Below, in pieces: positions 49,023 through 59,432 of a stretch of 64,000 bases of DNA; within the stretch, counting starts at the first letter, position 1, and each line of letters begins with the position of its first letter. Source of the stretch: Zygnema circumcarinatum SAG 698-1b (Eukaryota > Plantae > Zygnematophyceae); NCBI GenBank assembly GCA_037447605.1, contig CM074811.1, forward strand, positions 3,038,001 through 3,102,000, given 5' to 3'. The position numbers were made by a program, and so were the translations under genes. The notes under the pieces were generated by a model. It saw nothing but the letters and a program-made list of their open reading frames with translations, did not search any database and had not been told where the DNA came from.

Positions 49023-52000
49023 NNNNNNNNNNCCTTCAATGAGGGCGATGAGGTGTTGCTAAGTACGGCGAACTTGAGACTCAAAGCTTATGGCGGAACA
49101 CGTAAGCTGTGGCCCCGCTTCATTGGGCCCTTCAGGGTCATGAAGCGCATCAATGAGGTCGCTTACCGGTTGGATTTACCAGCCCATATGAAGGTGCATC
49201 CGGTCTTTCATGTGGGATTGCTAAAGGCCTACCGCAGCGATGGGAGGATCCAACCACCTCCCCCACCAGTGGAACTTGAAGGTGAACTTGAGTACGAAGT
49301 TGAAACCATTCAAGCCCACCGTATTGTGAGAAAGGGTCGCTCTTCCCGTCACGAATACCTCGTGAAGTGGTTGGGCTATGGGGTTGAACATAGCACATGG
49401 GAAGCCGAGGGCAACTTAACCAATTGCCAGGAGCTCATCAACTTGTACTGGGAGGCGCAGGCCGCAGGAGAGCGGGCGAGGGCGGCACGGGGGGTTCCTG
49501 AGCCGTTCCCGCGCAACTCGGAAAGGGACTTGACCGGGATTATCGCTGAGCCCTCCCGGTTATCACGTAGAGTTCGACGCGTGCCGTTGAAACTACGAGC
49601 TGCCTTTACTACCCCACACACGTGAACGAGGGCGTTCACATCCTCACAGGGGGGGAGTAATGTAGCGAAACGCTACAGTCACCCACGGGAGGGGTACTTA
49701 GGGCGCGCTCCGTCCTAGTACTCTCACCCCGGGCGCGGGCCGAGTGGCCAAGGCGTCGGGGACCACTCTAAAGACCGTGAGTGTCTCGATCAACTCATGG
49801 CGTCAGAAGGGTTCGGCGCGCGCGTATACCGAGACATATATGAAGTCGGCAAGCCGCCGATGTGGTCAGGATCACGGACCTCGACTACATCTTCCTTACG
49901 TTTTAACGTACGCCGTCCGCATAATTACGGGTCACCGCTGGGTACCTGACGAAGCCGACAAGCCAAACCCCGCCACAGAGGGATCCCACCGCAGACCGAC
50001 GTATATATGGCGCTGGGCCGCTAAAACACAAGTGGGGCTACAAGGCCACGGACAGCGGTGAGCGTTCGTGACAGCCAGACACCACCCATTCGTCGAGAGG
50101 GACACGCGGTACCGCCATTGGACGTTTCGCTCTAACTTCCATGCCGGGTAGAGGTTCGACGGGAAGCGAAGGGGCGTGGGCGCATCGTGTCACCCAACCA
50201 ACGTACCGGGTATTCTGCTGCACCCCCACCGTGGCTGCACCACCAAGCTCGCCGCTTGCTCTCGCCTCTCGTCAACTCGAGTGTCGGTGTGTTATTCCAA
50301 GGCAGTTGGTGTTAGAGCTAGATTCTGCGACATTACACCCAACTACTTGCATCAAAACCACCTTGGAGGCGCAGGACCAAGCCAGAGAAATACGGGGACT
50401 TCGGTCTAAGGAACCCATGGGCTCAGAAGGCGAAGAGGCCGAGGGGAAACCCTGAAAAGGTACCACTCGACTCAGCCGACTTCACAGGAATGGCACTTTG
50501 CCTTATGGCACACTTCGAGGAGCCGCCTACCTATTCCGACGCACTGGATGGAGCGGACGCAGCGAAATGGAAGGTCGCCATAGACAGCGAGCTGAATAGT
50601 CTTAAGGAGAATGGGACATGGCGGCTAGAGGAGCTGCCCCCAGGACGCAAGGCAATCGACTGCAAGTGGGTGTTTAAAGTCAAATGGGAATCAGAGGAGT
50701 GCACATAGGTTCAGGGAACATCTCAGTGGGCTGGGGGAAGGTTTCGGACAGAAATTCAGGAATCGACTATCTGAAAACCCTCGCAGCCGGAGTCAAGTTC
50801 AACCCTGACGCCAACCATTTCTGCCATCGCGCCACCCAAGCACCTACGCCCACGACTGGACATCAAAACGGCATTTCTTTATGGAGATCTCGGGGAGGAG
50901 ATCTATACATGCAAAGAACCGGAGGGAACGTTGAACCAAGAGCAAAGACTCGTATGCGACTTGCTAAGAGCCTCAGATGGGTTTAAACAAGCGCCGAATT
51001 TGGTACCGAAAAATCCACGTGAACCGCCTATCAAGAATGGCTTCACGCGCTTCAACGCCGACCACTCGGTGTACACGCAAGGGGAGGGAGACGCACAAAT
51101 GTTTGTAGGTATCTATGTAGATGACCTCATCATTGTGAGTTCCTCCATGAAAAGCATTCAGGGTCTCAAAGACCTTCTAAAGCAAAATTTTCAGATGTCA
51201 GATCTCGGCCCTGCGGAATACCTTCTCGGCATCCAGCTTAAGAGGGGGAGAGACGGTAGCTTGTTCCTCTGCCAGGAGAAGTACGCCAAGGAGGTCTTGG
51301 CGAAGTTCAACATGGACAAATGTTCACCATGCTCCACTCCCATGGACGGCAGCACGGAGCTCAGCCGGGACATGAGCCCTCAGACGGAGGCGGAGGCGCG
51401 GGACATGGCGAGTACTCCGTACAGGTCTGCCATCGGCAGCCTAATGTACCTTATGGTGGGAACGCGCCCGGATCTGGCGAAAGCAGTCAGTACGGCTTCC
51501 AGGTACATGGAGAATCCAGGGGCTAAGCATTGGGAGGCAGTCAAGAGAATCTTTCGATATCTAAAAGGGACGTCCCATTATGGACTACGGTTCGAGAGGG
51601 GGCGCGGCAGTTCCGTGTTCGGATACACGGATGCAGATTGGGGAGGAGACCCAGATACGGCGAAGTCCACTTCAGGATACGCGTATCTGAACGCGGGAGG
51701 AGTAATCTCGTGGAGTTCAAAATTACAGGATACGGTAGCTCTTTCGAGTACTGAAGCAGAATACGTGGCCGCATGTCACGCTGCCAGAGAGGCCGTCTGG
51801 CTGGCACTATTCTTCGAGGAATGTGGGAGACCCCAGATTCCCTTGCACATCCTGACGGACAACAAATCCTCCATCGCGCTGATCGAGAATCCCGTATTTC
51901 ATAGGCGAAGCAAACATATCAAGATCCAGCACCACTACACGCGGGACTTAGTGGAGGCGGGCGAGATCGCGGTGTCTTTTGTGAAGACCAAAGATATGGC

Positions 52001-52156
52001 CGCGGATATGCTGACCAAGGGGGTCAACGGACCAATNNNNNNNNNNNNNNNNNNNNNNNNNNNNNNNNNNNNNNNNNNNNNNNNNNNNNNNNNNNNNNNN
52101 NNNNNNNNNNNNNNNNNNNNNNNNNNNNNNNNNNNNNNNNNNNNNNNNNNNNNNNN

Positions 52157-55100
52157 GTGTGTTGTTTTGTTTGGTTGTTAATCTTTAACTTCTGATTATC
52201 AACGTAGCTATTGTAGACTCTGAGAAGCTGATGCTCGTGTTGCTTAACATTACACTTGCTTGTGTCGGAAGGTAGTGGGCTTTTGAGTTTATTGGGCTAT
52301 TTGAGAGGGGGTCTCTCATTTGTGTTGATAAGATTATTATTAAGGAGTTTTAGAGCCGAGAGCTTTCTCCTATCCTTTTCTCTCTGTTATTCCGCTGTGC
52401 ATATTCTGTGAGGTTCACTCTGTGAGTAAAATGGGCTATGAGTGAATGTGAGAGTTTGGGAAATGTCATCATCGATTGGAACGCGAACTCCGATGGAAGG
52501 TGATGCGAGTGGAGAAGCCGACAGCAGTGGAGGAGTCCCTGCACCAACAAGTGGTATCAGAGCTCATGGAGACTTGGAGGACCACGTCAAGTTCAGCATA
52601 CCGGCGTTCGATGGGCAGGATTACAAAGCGTGGAGATGGAGGTTGGTTCCCTTGCTTGTAGGCAAAGGGTTGCTTGGGTATGTTGATGGCAGCATCAAGG
52701 CGCCGGAGTTGCCGGTTGGAGCCTCAGCGGAGCAGCAGTCGGAGCACGACGTGGCGCTCGCACGATGGAAAGCCAAGGACAACAAGGCCCTGACGCAGAT
52801 TGTAATGAGCGTAAGAGGAAGTCCGTCCTCTATGCTATATGATCTGAAAACAACTCATGCCATGTGGAGATGCCTAGAGGAAATGTATGATGTAAAAGAC
52901 AATGTGACGATCGTCAGTCTTTACACGCAGCTAGGCAAGATGAAGATGACTTCAGATGAGAAACTAGAAGCTTATATGGTCAGGTTTGATGCTCTGATGG
53001 AGAGGTTCATAGCCCTTGGGAAACCATTAGAGGCAGACCATAAGATAAGCCAGTTTCTAGGGGGTTTGACCAGTAGATTCGATGTGGCAGTGGCGGCGTT
53101 GAGGACAGTCCTGACTAATACCACGATGACTCTTGAGCAAGTCAAGCGTAGGATAAAGGAGGAGGACTCCATTCAGGATGTCGGCAGCCCTGAGGAGAAA
53201 GTGCTTGCGTTGCACACTCGACCGAATCGAAGAGGAGGCGCCCCGAAGTCAGCCCGAGGAGAACGCTCGGCGATTACGTGTTATACGTGTGGCAAGATCG
53301 GCCACTACTCCAGCGATTGCTTCAAGAACAGAGGCAGCCAAGAGAAGGGAGGAAACGCGACTTCATCCAGCAAGAAGGAGAAGAAGGCGTTCAGTGGCAC
53401 TTGCTTCAAATGCAAGAAGAGAGGCCACAGGAGTTCAGACTGCAAGGTAGCAGTTGAGAACAACCTCATGCTGGCGGAGAATACTGAGAATGCGTTTGTG
53501 GGAAGGATTCAGGTAGAGGATCCGAAGCGGCCGTGGCTGATTGATTCCGGCGCTTCTACGCATATGTGCGGAGACACATCGATGTTCTCCAAGCTCGACG
53601 ACTTGGAGAAGACACGCTCAGTCCATTCAGCAACCGGTGAAGGAGTCACCGTGACGAGAGGTGGAGCCGTGAGGATGATACTCGGAGACGGCTCGGTCAT
53701 CAATGAAGAAGACATACAAGAGAAGTTGTCAATTGGTGACGTTCTTCACACCCCTGAGCTAAAGCAGAATTTCATGTCTGTTAGCCAAGTGTGTAAGAAA
53801 GGATACAGTGTTCTGTTTGAGGAGAAGTCATGCGTGGCCATCCATACAGAAACTGGGAGACAGCTGTTCAGGGGTTATGAGAGAGGAGGGCTGTATTTTC
53901 TTGATTATAAGAGGGAGAATTATGAGCATGCCAATGCAATCTCAGAGAATGCCGTGGATGTATGGCATAGAAGACTTGGTCACTTACACCATAGAGGAAT
54001 GCAGCAGTTGGTTGAGAAGGGGTTAGTCCGTGGGCTAGACCCGGGTGTAGTGGAGAATGAGCTTTGGTTGTGCCAGGAGTGTGTGGAGGGCAAGGCGCAC
54101 AAGAGACCATTCGTGAGGAGTGGAGACGAGTCCTATCGAGCGCGAGAGAAGTTGGAATTGGTACATTCTGACTTGTGTGGCCCAGTTACAACGGCGACCA
54201 ACGGCGGAGCACGTTACTTCGTCACGTTCCTCGACGATTACTCGAGGAAGATTTGGATTACGCTCCTCAAGAACAAGTCAAAGGCTTTCGGAGCCTTTCG
54301 AGATTGGCTGAACCAGGCGGAGACAGAATCAGGACAGAAGCTGAAGGCTTTGCGCTCAGACAATGGCGGCGAATTCAAATCGAAGGAGTTCGCAGAGTTC
54401 CTGAAGAACCGCGGTATAAGGCATGAATTCTCTGCCCCCTATTCTCCTCAGAGCAATGGAGCAGCTGAGCGAGTGAATCGGACATTGGGGGACATGGCTC
54501 GGACCATGTTGATTGATTCCCCCTTTCCAGCTTCCTTTTGGGGAGAAGCGGTTTGTACTGCTGCGTACATTAGAAACAGGTGTCCGTCTTCTGTTCTGAA
54601 AGACCAGGTCCCTGAGCAGATGTGGAGTGGGAGGAAGCCCACAGTTTCCCACCTGAGGACCTTTGGCGCACGATGCTGGGCTGCACTGCCCAAGGCGCGA
54701 CAGAAGAAGAAATTCGACCCTCGAGCGATGGAGGGTTATGTTCTCGGCTATAACACCAACAGCCGCACGTATAGGGTGTGGAACCCTCGACTGCAGGAGG
54801 TCCTGAGCACGAGGGACATTACAGTTGATGAGGGAAGTGTTGTTGAGCGTGTTGCAGACTCTCAGATCTTTCCTCCAGCGAAAGTGGATTTCGAGATCGT
54901 GTATGAGGAGGGAGAGACGAGTGGAGAGCGTGATGTCACTGTGCAGGATGCCAGCACATCACAAAGTGAAGGAGCCGAGCCAGCAGCTGCGTCAAGCGAG
55001 CCTGCTGATGTTGGAGAGTCGCCAGAAGAGGCGCATGCGGAGGAGCCGCAGAATTCGACGGAGACGATTCCAGTGCACACTCAGTTGAGTGAGGAAGAGG

Positions 55101-57966
55101 AGAACTCCGTGGAGACGGTGCCGCTGCACACGCAAGAGTCTGAGGACCTTGAAGCGGCCGAGAGAGAGGCTATGTTAGCGAACATGCCTCCAGGTTTTGT
55201 ACCCGGACTCTACTTCTATCCGAGAGGACGAAGCGCGAAGGAGGTTCGGAAGAGCAATCGGGACAGGAGGCGACCAGATCGGTATTCGCCTGAGAACAAC
55301 CTTATCCATGAAAGAGTGCCTTCAGATTCAGCTGACCTTGTGGGAGTTGCCCATTGCTTTATGATCACGGAACCACAGACCTTTGAGGAAGCACACGACG
55401 GAGTCGATGGCGACAAATGGCGGGTGGCGATCGATAGCGAGTGGGACAGCTTGATAGAGAACGGCACGTGGAGGTTGGAGGAGCTGCCTCAAGGGAGGCG
55501 AGCTATTGGCTGCAAATGGGTCTTCAAAGTCAAGAGGAAGGCAGACGGAAGCGTGGACAGATACAAGGCGCGGCTAGTGGCGAAGGGATACGCCCAGAAG
55601 TATGGAGTTGACTACGTGGAGACTTTTGCTCCCGTGGTAAAGTTCAACTCCTTAAGAGCCTTGATTTCCATCGCAGCGGCTGAAGGAATGCATGTCCATC
55701 AGCTGGACATCAAGACGGCATTCCTGTACGGAGATCTAGCGGAAGAGATCTATATGGAGCAGCCGGAGGGGAAGGTGGTCCCAGGAAAGGAACACCTAGT
55801 CTGTCGACTAGTGAAGAGCCTATATGGTTTGAAGCAGGCGCCCAGAGTGTGGTACGAGAAGATAGATGATCTTCTGAGGAGGAATGGTTTCGACCGATTC
55901 GAAACAGATCATTCCGTGTACCGTCAAGGAGAGGGGGCGGACATCATGTTCGTCGGGATCTACGTTGATGATCTCATAATGGTGAGCCTCTCGCTTGAAA
56001 GAATCAGTTCCTTGAAAGAGTTGCTTCAAGCGAATTTCAAGATGTCAGATTTGGGGGAGGCGCAGTATCTGCTTGGGATGCAGCTGAAGAGGGGGCAAGA
56101 TGGCAGCTTATTCTTGTGTCAGAAGAAGTATGCATCAGATGTTCTTGCCCGGTTCCACATGGAGGATTCTAGGCCATGCTCCAGCCCGATGGAGATAGGC
56201 GCTAGATTGTCGAAGGAGATGTCACCTTCGAGTGCAGCAGAGGCACAGAAGATGTTCGGAGTGCCTTACAGGTCTGCGATTGGGAGTCTGATGTACCTGA
56301 TGATTGGAACGCGTCCGGACCTGGCGAAAGCAGTGAGCTCGGCCAGCCGATTCATGGAGAATCCGGGCCTCGAGCATTGGGAGGCCGTGAAGAGGATATT
56401 CAGATATGTGAGAGGGACGCTTGATTATGGGATCAGGTATGAGAGGGGGCCAACCAGAGTGATTGGCTATACAGACTCAGATTGGGGAGGAGATGTCGAT
56501 ACGTCACGCTCGACTTCGGGGTTCGTCTACCTGAATGGAGGAGGAGCGATTTCGTGGAGTTCCAAGTTGCAGGACTCGGTGGCGTTATCAAGCACGAAAG
56601 GCGAGTACATGGGTGCTTGTCATGCTTCGAAGGAAGGAGTGTGGTTCATGCAGTTCTTTGAAGAGTGCAAGAGGGACCAACGACCGATTACCTTGTTTAC
56701 CGACAATCAATCGTCGATTGCCCTGGTGGGAAACCCTGTGTTCCACAAGAGGACCAAGCACATTAGTGCGGTACAAGCTACGTCACGAGGTTGGTGCCGA
56801 GGAGGGGGCGGGGTGAGAGTGAAGTTCGTAGGCACCAAAAGAGGGCAGGCGAATATACTAACAAAGGTTAGCGGGCTGCACACTATTAGTCAGCGGGGAG
56901 GTTGGTTGGAGCACAGGGCGGCGCCCCAGAAGTTCCAAAGAGGGGATTGTTAGTGTATGATAGTTAGCATGCTTGTGTTGGAACATTAGTTTTGTGTGTT
57001 CGTGTTGTGTGTTTCCTTGGCTGTGTAAGTTACAGGCGGTCACAGACTTTTGACCCCAGTGGGAGTGGCCCTGGCTGGCCTTGGCAGTCCAAGAGAGGTG
57101 GCCAGGCGATCGCGGCGAATCAGTGGCGTGGCGGGGCGGCGGCGGAAGCCCGGAGGTAGTGGCGGCAGCCGCTGAATCTGCCTTGAATCCCGAGGTGGCC
57201 CTTGTGGCCCGGCGTCCAGCCTGGATTGGGCGGTGGGGACTTGTAGCGATACTTGGCGTCAAAAATATTGAAAGCGCGATTCATCATTATGCGGGCCGGC
57301 GTAAAATATACGGTGGCTGCACGTCGCAGCCCCGCCCGGGGATTTAACCCAGCGTCATCTATCTTGGAAGCGCTGTTGAATCTGGCGCAAAGGCATTAAG
57401 ATTAGCAAACCGAGAGGATCCCGGCCGGAGAGGAAAGCGTCTGGGATCCGTGTGACGACGAGGGATCCCGGCTGGCCTTGAGTTAGGATCGGGATAGGGC
57501 CCTTGTGGGCCGCTAGCCGATGTTGTGAGCTTCGTAGCATGGTAGTGTCACGGATGTTGTGACATACTATATAGTGTGTTGTTTTGTTTGGTTGTTAATC
57601 TTTAACTTCTGATTATCAACGTAGCTATTGTAGACTCTGAGAAGCTGATGCTCGTGTTGCTTAACATTACACTTGCTTGTGTCGCAAGGTAGTGGGCTTT
57701 TGAGTTTATTGGGCTATTTGAGAGGGGGTCTCTCATTTGTGTTGATAAGATTATTATTAAGGAGTTTTAGAGCCGAGAGCTTTCTCCTATCCTTTTCTCT
57801 CTGTTATTCCGCTGTGCATATTCTGTGAGGTTCACTCTGTGAGTAAAATGGGCTATGAGTGAATGTGAGAGTTTGGGAAATGTCATCATCGATTGGAACG
57901 CGAACTCCGATGGAAGGTGATGCGAGTGGAGAAGCCGGCAGCAGTGGAGGAGTCCCTGCATCAACA
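52157..57966 (+). mobile_element. Near-intact Copia family A element A1: 5' LTR (partly in gap) to 52549, PBS 52552-52563, PPT ~56938-56946, 3' LTR 56948-57966
   Basis: LTR ends TGTTAG...CAACA. I count 3 differences over the ~393 bp where both LTRs are visible. Confidence 0.96.
52463..56953 (+). CDS. Copia gag-pol polyprotein (gag, 2 zinc knuckles, protease, GAG-pre-integrase, integrase, RT, RNase H); last ~60 codons degraded by indels
   Basis: FDGQDYKAW; CYTCGKIGHYSSDC; CFKCKKRGHRSSDC; IDSGASTHMC; WHRRLGH; HSDLCGP; YKARLVAKG; YVDDL; GYTDSDWGG; KRTKHI. Confidence 0.95.
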   Translation: MSSSIGTRTPMEGDASGEADSSGGVPAPTSGIRAHGDLEDHVKFSIPAFDGQDYKAWRWRLVPLLVGKGLLGYVDGSIKAPELPVGASAEQQSEHDVALARWKAKDNKALTQIVMSVRGSPSSMLYDLKTTHAMWRCLEEMYDVKDNVTIVSLYTQLGKMKMTSDEKLEAYMVRFDALMERFIALGKPLEADHKISQFLGGLTSRFDVAVAALRTVLTNTTMTLEQVKRRIKEEDSIQDVGSPEEKVLALHTRPNRRGGAPKSARGERSAITCYTCGKIGHYSSDCFKNRGSQEKGGNATSSSKKEKKAFSGTCFKCKKRGHRSSDCKVAVENNLMLAENTENAFVGRIQVEDPKRPWLIDSGASTHMCGDTSMFSKLDDLEKTRSVHSATGEGVTVTRGGAVRMILGDGSVINEEDIQEKLSIGDVLHTPELKQNFMSVSQVCKKGYSVLFEEKSCVAIHTETGRQLFRGYERGGLYFLDYKRENYEHANAISENAVDVWHRRLGHLHHRGMQQLVEKGLVRGLDPGVVENELWLCQECVEGKAHKRPFVRSGDESYRAREKLELVHSDLCGPVTTATNGGARYFVTFLDDYSRKIWITLLKNKSKAFGAFRDWLNQAETESGQKLKALRSDNGGEFKSKEFAEFLKNRGIRHEFSAPYSPQSNGAAERVNRTLGDMARTMLIDSPFPASFWGEAVCTAAYIRNRCPSSVLKDQVPEQMWSGRKPTVSHLRTFGARCWAALPKARQKKKFDPRAMEGYVLGYNTNSRTYRVWNPRLQEVLSTRDITVDEGSVVERVADSQIFPPAKVDFEIVYEEGETSGERDVTVQDASTSQSEGAEPAAASSEPADVGESPEEAHAEEPQNSTETIPVHTQLSEEEENSVETVPLHTQESEDLEAAEREAMLANMPPGFVPGLYFYPRGRSAKEVRKSNRDRRRPDRYSPENNLIHERVPSDSADLVGVAHCFMITEPQTFEEAHDGVDGDKWRVAIDSEWDSLIENGTWRLEELPQGRRAIGCKWVFKVKRKADGSVDRYKARLVAKGYAQKYGVDYVETFAPVVKFNSLRALISIAAAEGMHVHQLDIKTAFLYGDLAEEIYMEQPEGKVVPGKEHLVCRLVKSLYGLKQAPRVWYEKIDDLLRRNGFDRFETDHSVYRQGEGADIMFVGIYVDDLIMVSLSLERISSLKELLQANFKMSDLGEAQYLLGMQLKRGQDGSLFLCQKKYASDVLARFHMEDSRPCSSPMEIGARLSKEMSPSSAAEAQKMFGVPYRSAIGSLMYLMIGTRPDLAKAVSSASRFMENPGLEHWEAVKRIFRYVRGTLDYGIRYERGPTRVIGYTDSDWGGDVDTSRSTSGFVYLNGGGAISWSSKLQDSVALSSTKGEYMGACHASKEGVWFMQFFEECKRDQRPITLFTDNQSSIALVGNPVFHKRTKHISAVQATSRGWCRGGGGVRVKFVGTKRGQANILTKVSGLHTISQRGGWLEHRAAPQKFQRGDC

Positions 57967-57989
57967 AGATTAACCTCATAACACATGCC

Positions 57990-58335
57990 ATTAGGGGCGT
58001 GTAGCGAGCTGAGGCCGAGCCTGTAGTTAAGGAGAGGAATAGTGCTGCTAGTCTTGGGAAATAGGAAGTGGGGTAGTGCAAGCTGCATTAAGCGGCCTGG
58101 GGCTGCTTGAATCTGTTGTACTTCACCTCCAAAGAAAATCAGAGTTTTATGCCCGGTGGGGCTTTCTCTACCTTTGTGTTCTAGTCATACATCTGTCTTG
58201 AGCTTTCCTTTCGTGAACGGCTGCTGCGAAGATGTCTACGACTCAGCAACAGAGTGGAGGCGACTCTGTAGAGGGTGGTTCCACGATGGAATTACCAACA
58301 TGAACTTGTTGTTGTTTAACCTTCTGATGACATTC
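57990..58335 (-). pseudogene. Probable degenerate LRR-coding exon of the same gene
   Basis: cag|A then RLNNNKF..., later SLEVKYNRF; in-frame stops and probable indels. Confidence 0.35.
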
Positions 58336-59432
58336 ACGGTGGCACGTTAGAGAGGGAGGGAGGAAATGCAAAATCTCTGATTCCATCTTGACGACCCTAC
58401 GCAACCTTCAGCCTTTCAAACACTGAACCCCTAAATCTCTAAGCCTTTCTCTCCATCCATCCATTTCTACCTGCAAGCCGATAAACCCTCAACGCACTAA
58501 ACCCCCATAGCTTAAAGTAGTCCCGTTTTGGTCACAAAAATGACCAAAAATATGAGATAAACTTAAATCTTATGCAAGCGCGAAGTAAATGAAATAGTTT
58601 GAGAGGTACAAATGCTCGGTTGAGAGCAAAAAATCAAACTGAATATACAACGTTATCGATGCAGCGATGCTTACAAGTAGTCAAGTCGGGTGAGTTTAGA
58701 GATGACGCCGAGCACTCTCCCCTCCAGTTTGTTGCTACTCAGGTCCCTACAGCCAAACACAACCAAAATAAGCACACCGGAAAGTGTAAGTTTGGTTTTG
58801 GACTGAATAAGAATAAATCAGGTATTCAACGCTACGTTCAATAATCGAATTCTCAATCGCAATCTCGCTAAAACGCAGTCCAAGATTAAAATTTTACTCG
58901 TATTTAAACACCAAACGTGAAAACAACTAGGTGACCAAGATTTGCCAAACAATCATGGATACACAATGTTGCTGCTTTGCAAGATGCAAGAAGTCATTTC
59001 AGTTATAATTTCAGAAAAAAACCGGATGAACCGGTTGAATGACTGCTCAAATGCAAACCGAAGCTCGAAGTTGCCGCGTGCCAAACGACCAATGAAAAGC
59101 TTCACGGCATCTCCTCCTCTATGCAGGGCGGATGGGGCGGAGGGCTTTGCGCAGCGTGGCATGGAGGAGCAGATGCCGCCAAGGGACACGAGGAGTTGGG
59201 TGGTTAGAATGACATGCGTCCTCTCAAGGGCGGGGGGGCGCAGCCCAGCGGAAGGCCGCTCGCAGGCCGACACAGGAAGGAGGAAGCAAGGAAATACGGT
59301 ACGGCAGCGTATGGATCGAAGGAGAGGCGCAGGGAAGAATCTGAAGCGTATCTGACACTGCAACGTGATTGGTTGGACACGGCAATGCGATCTGATACGG
59401 GGCGAGGGGCTGTCAGCTTCTTCAATACTTAC

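Larger units (their letters stand above)
38253..50332 (+). mobile_element. Chromodomain-bearing Ty3/Gypsy element (chromovirus) G1: 5' LTR 38253-39085, PBS 39088-39099, gag, RT, RNase H, integrase, chromodomain ~49290-49450, PPT, 3' LTR 49661-50332
   Basis: TGGTATCAGAGC PBS; CFRCRKEGHKARDC; YRLSPKE..SPFGAPILFVGKKDG; CDASGFALGAVL; STAFHPQTDGQTERVNR; YEVETIQAHR..EYLVKWLGYGVEHSTWE. Approximate TSD tttac / ttac. Confidence 0.92.
35823..52036 (+). mobile_element. Copia family C element, degenerate: protease ~36065-36280, integrase ~37070-37833, RT/RNase H ~50490-52036; split by a Gypsy element; ends lie in or near gaps
   Basis: PWLIDSGASKHMC; LELVHSDICGP..FLDDYSR..RTDNGGEY..SNGAAERVNR; WKVAIDSELNSL; YVDDLII; YRSAIGSLMYL; GYTDADWGG; RSKHIKIQHH. 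Domain order PR-IN-RT-RH is Copia. Confidence 0.85.
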
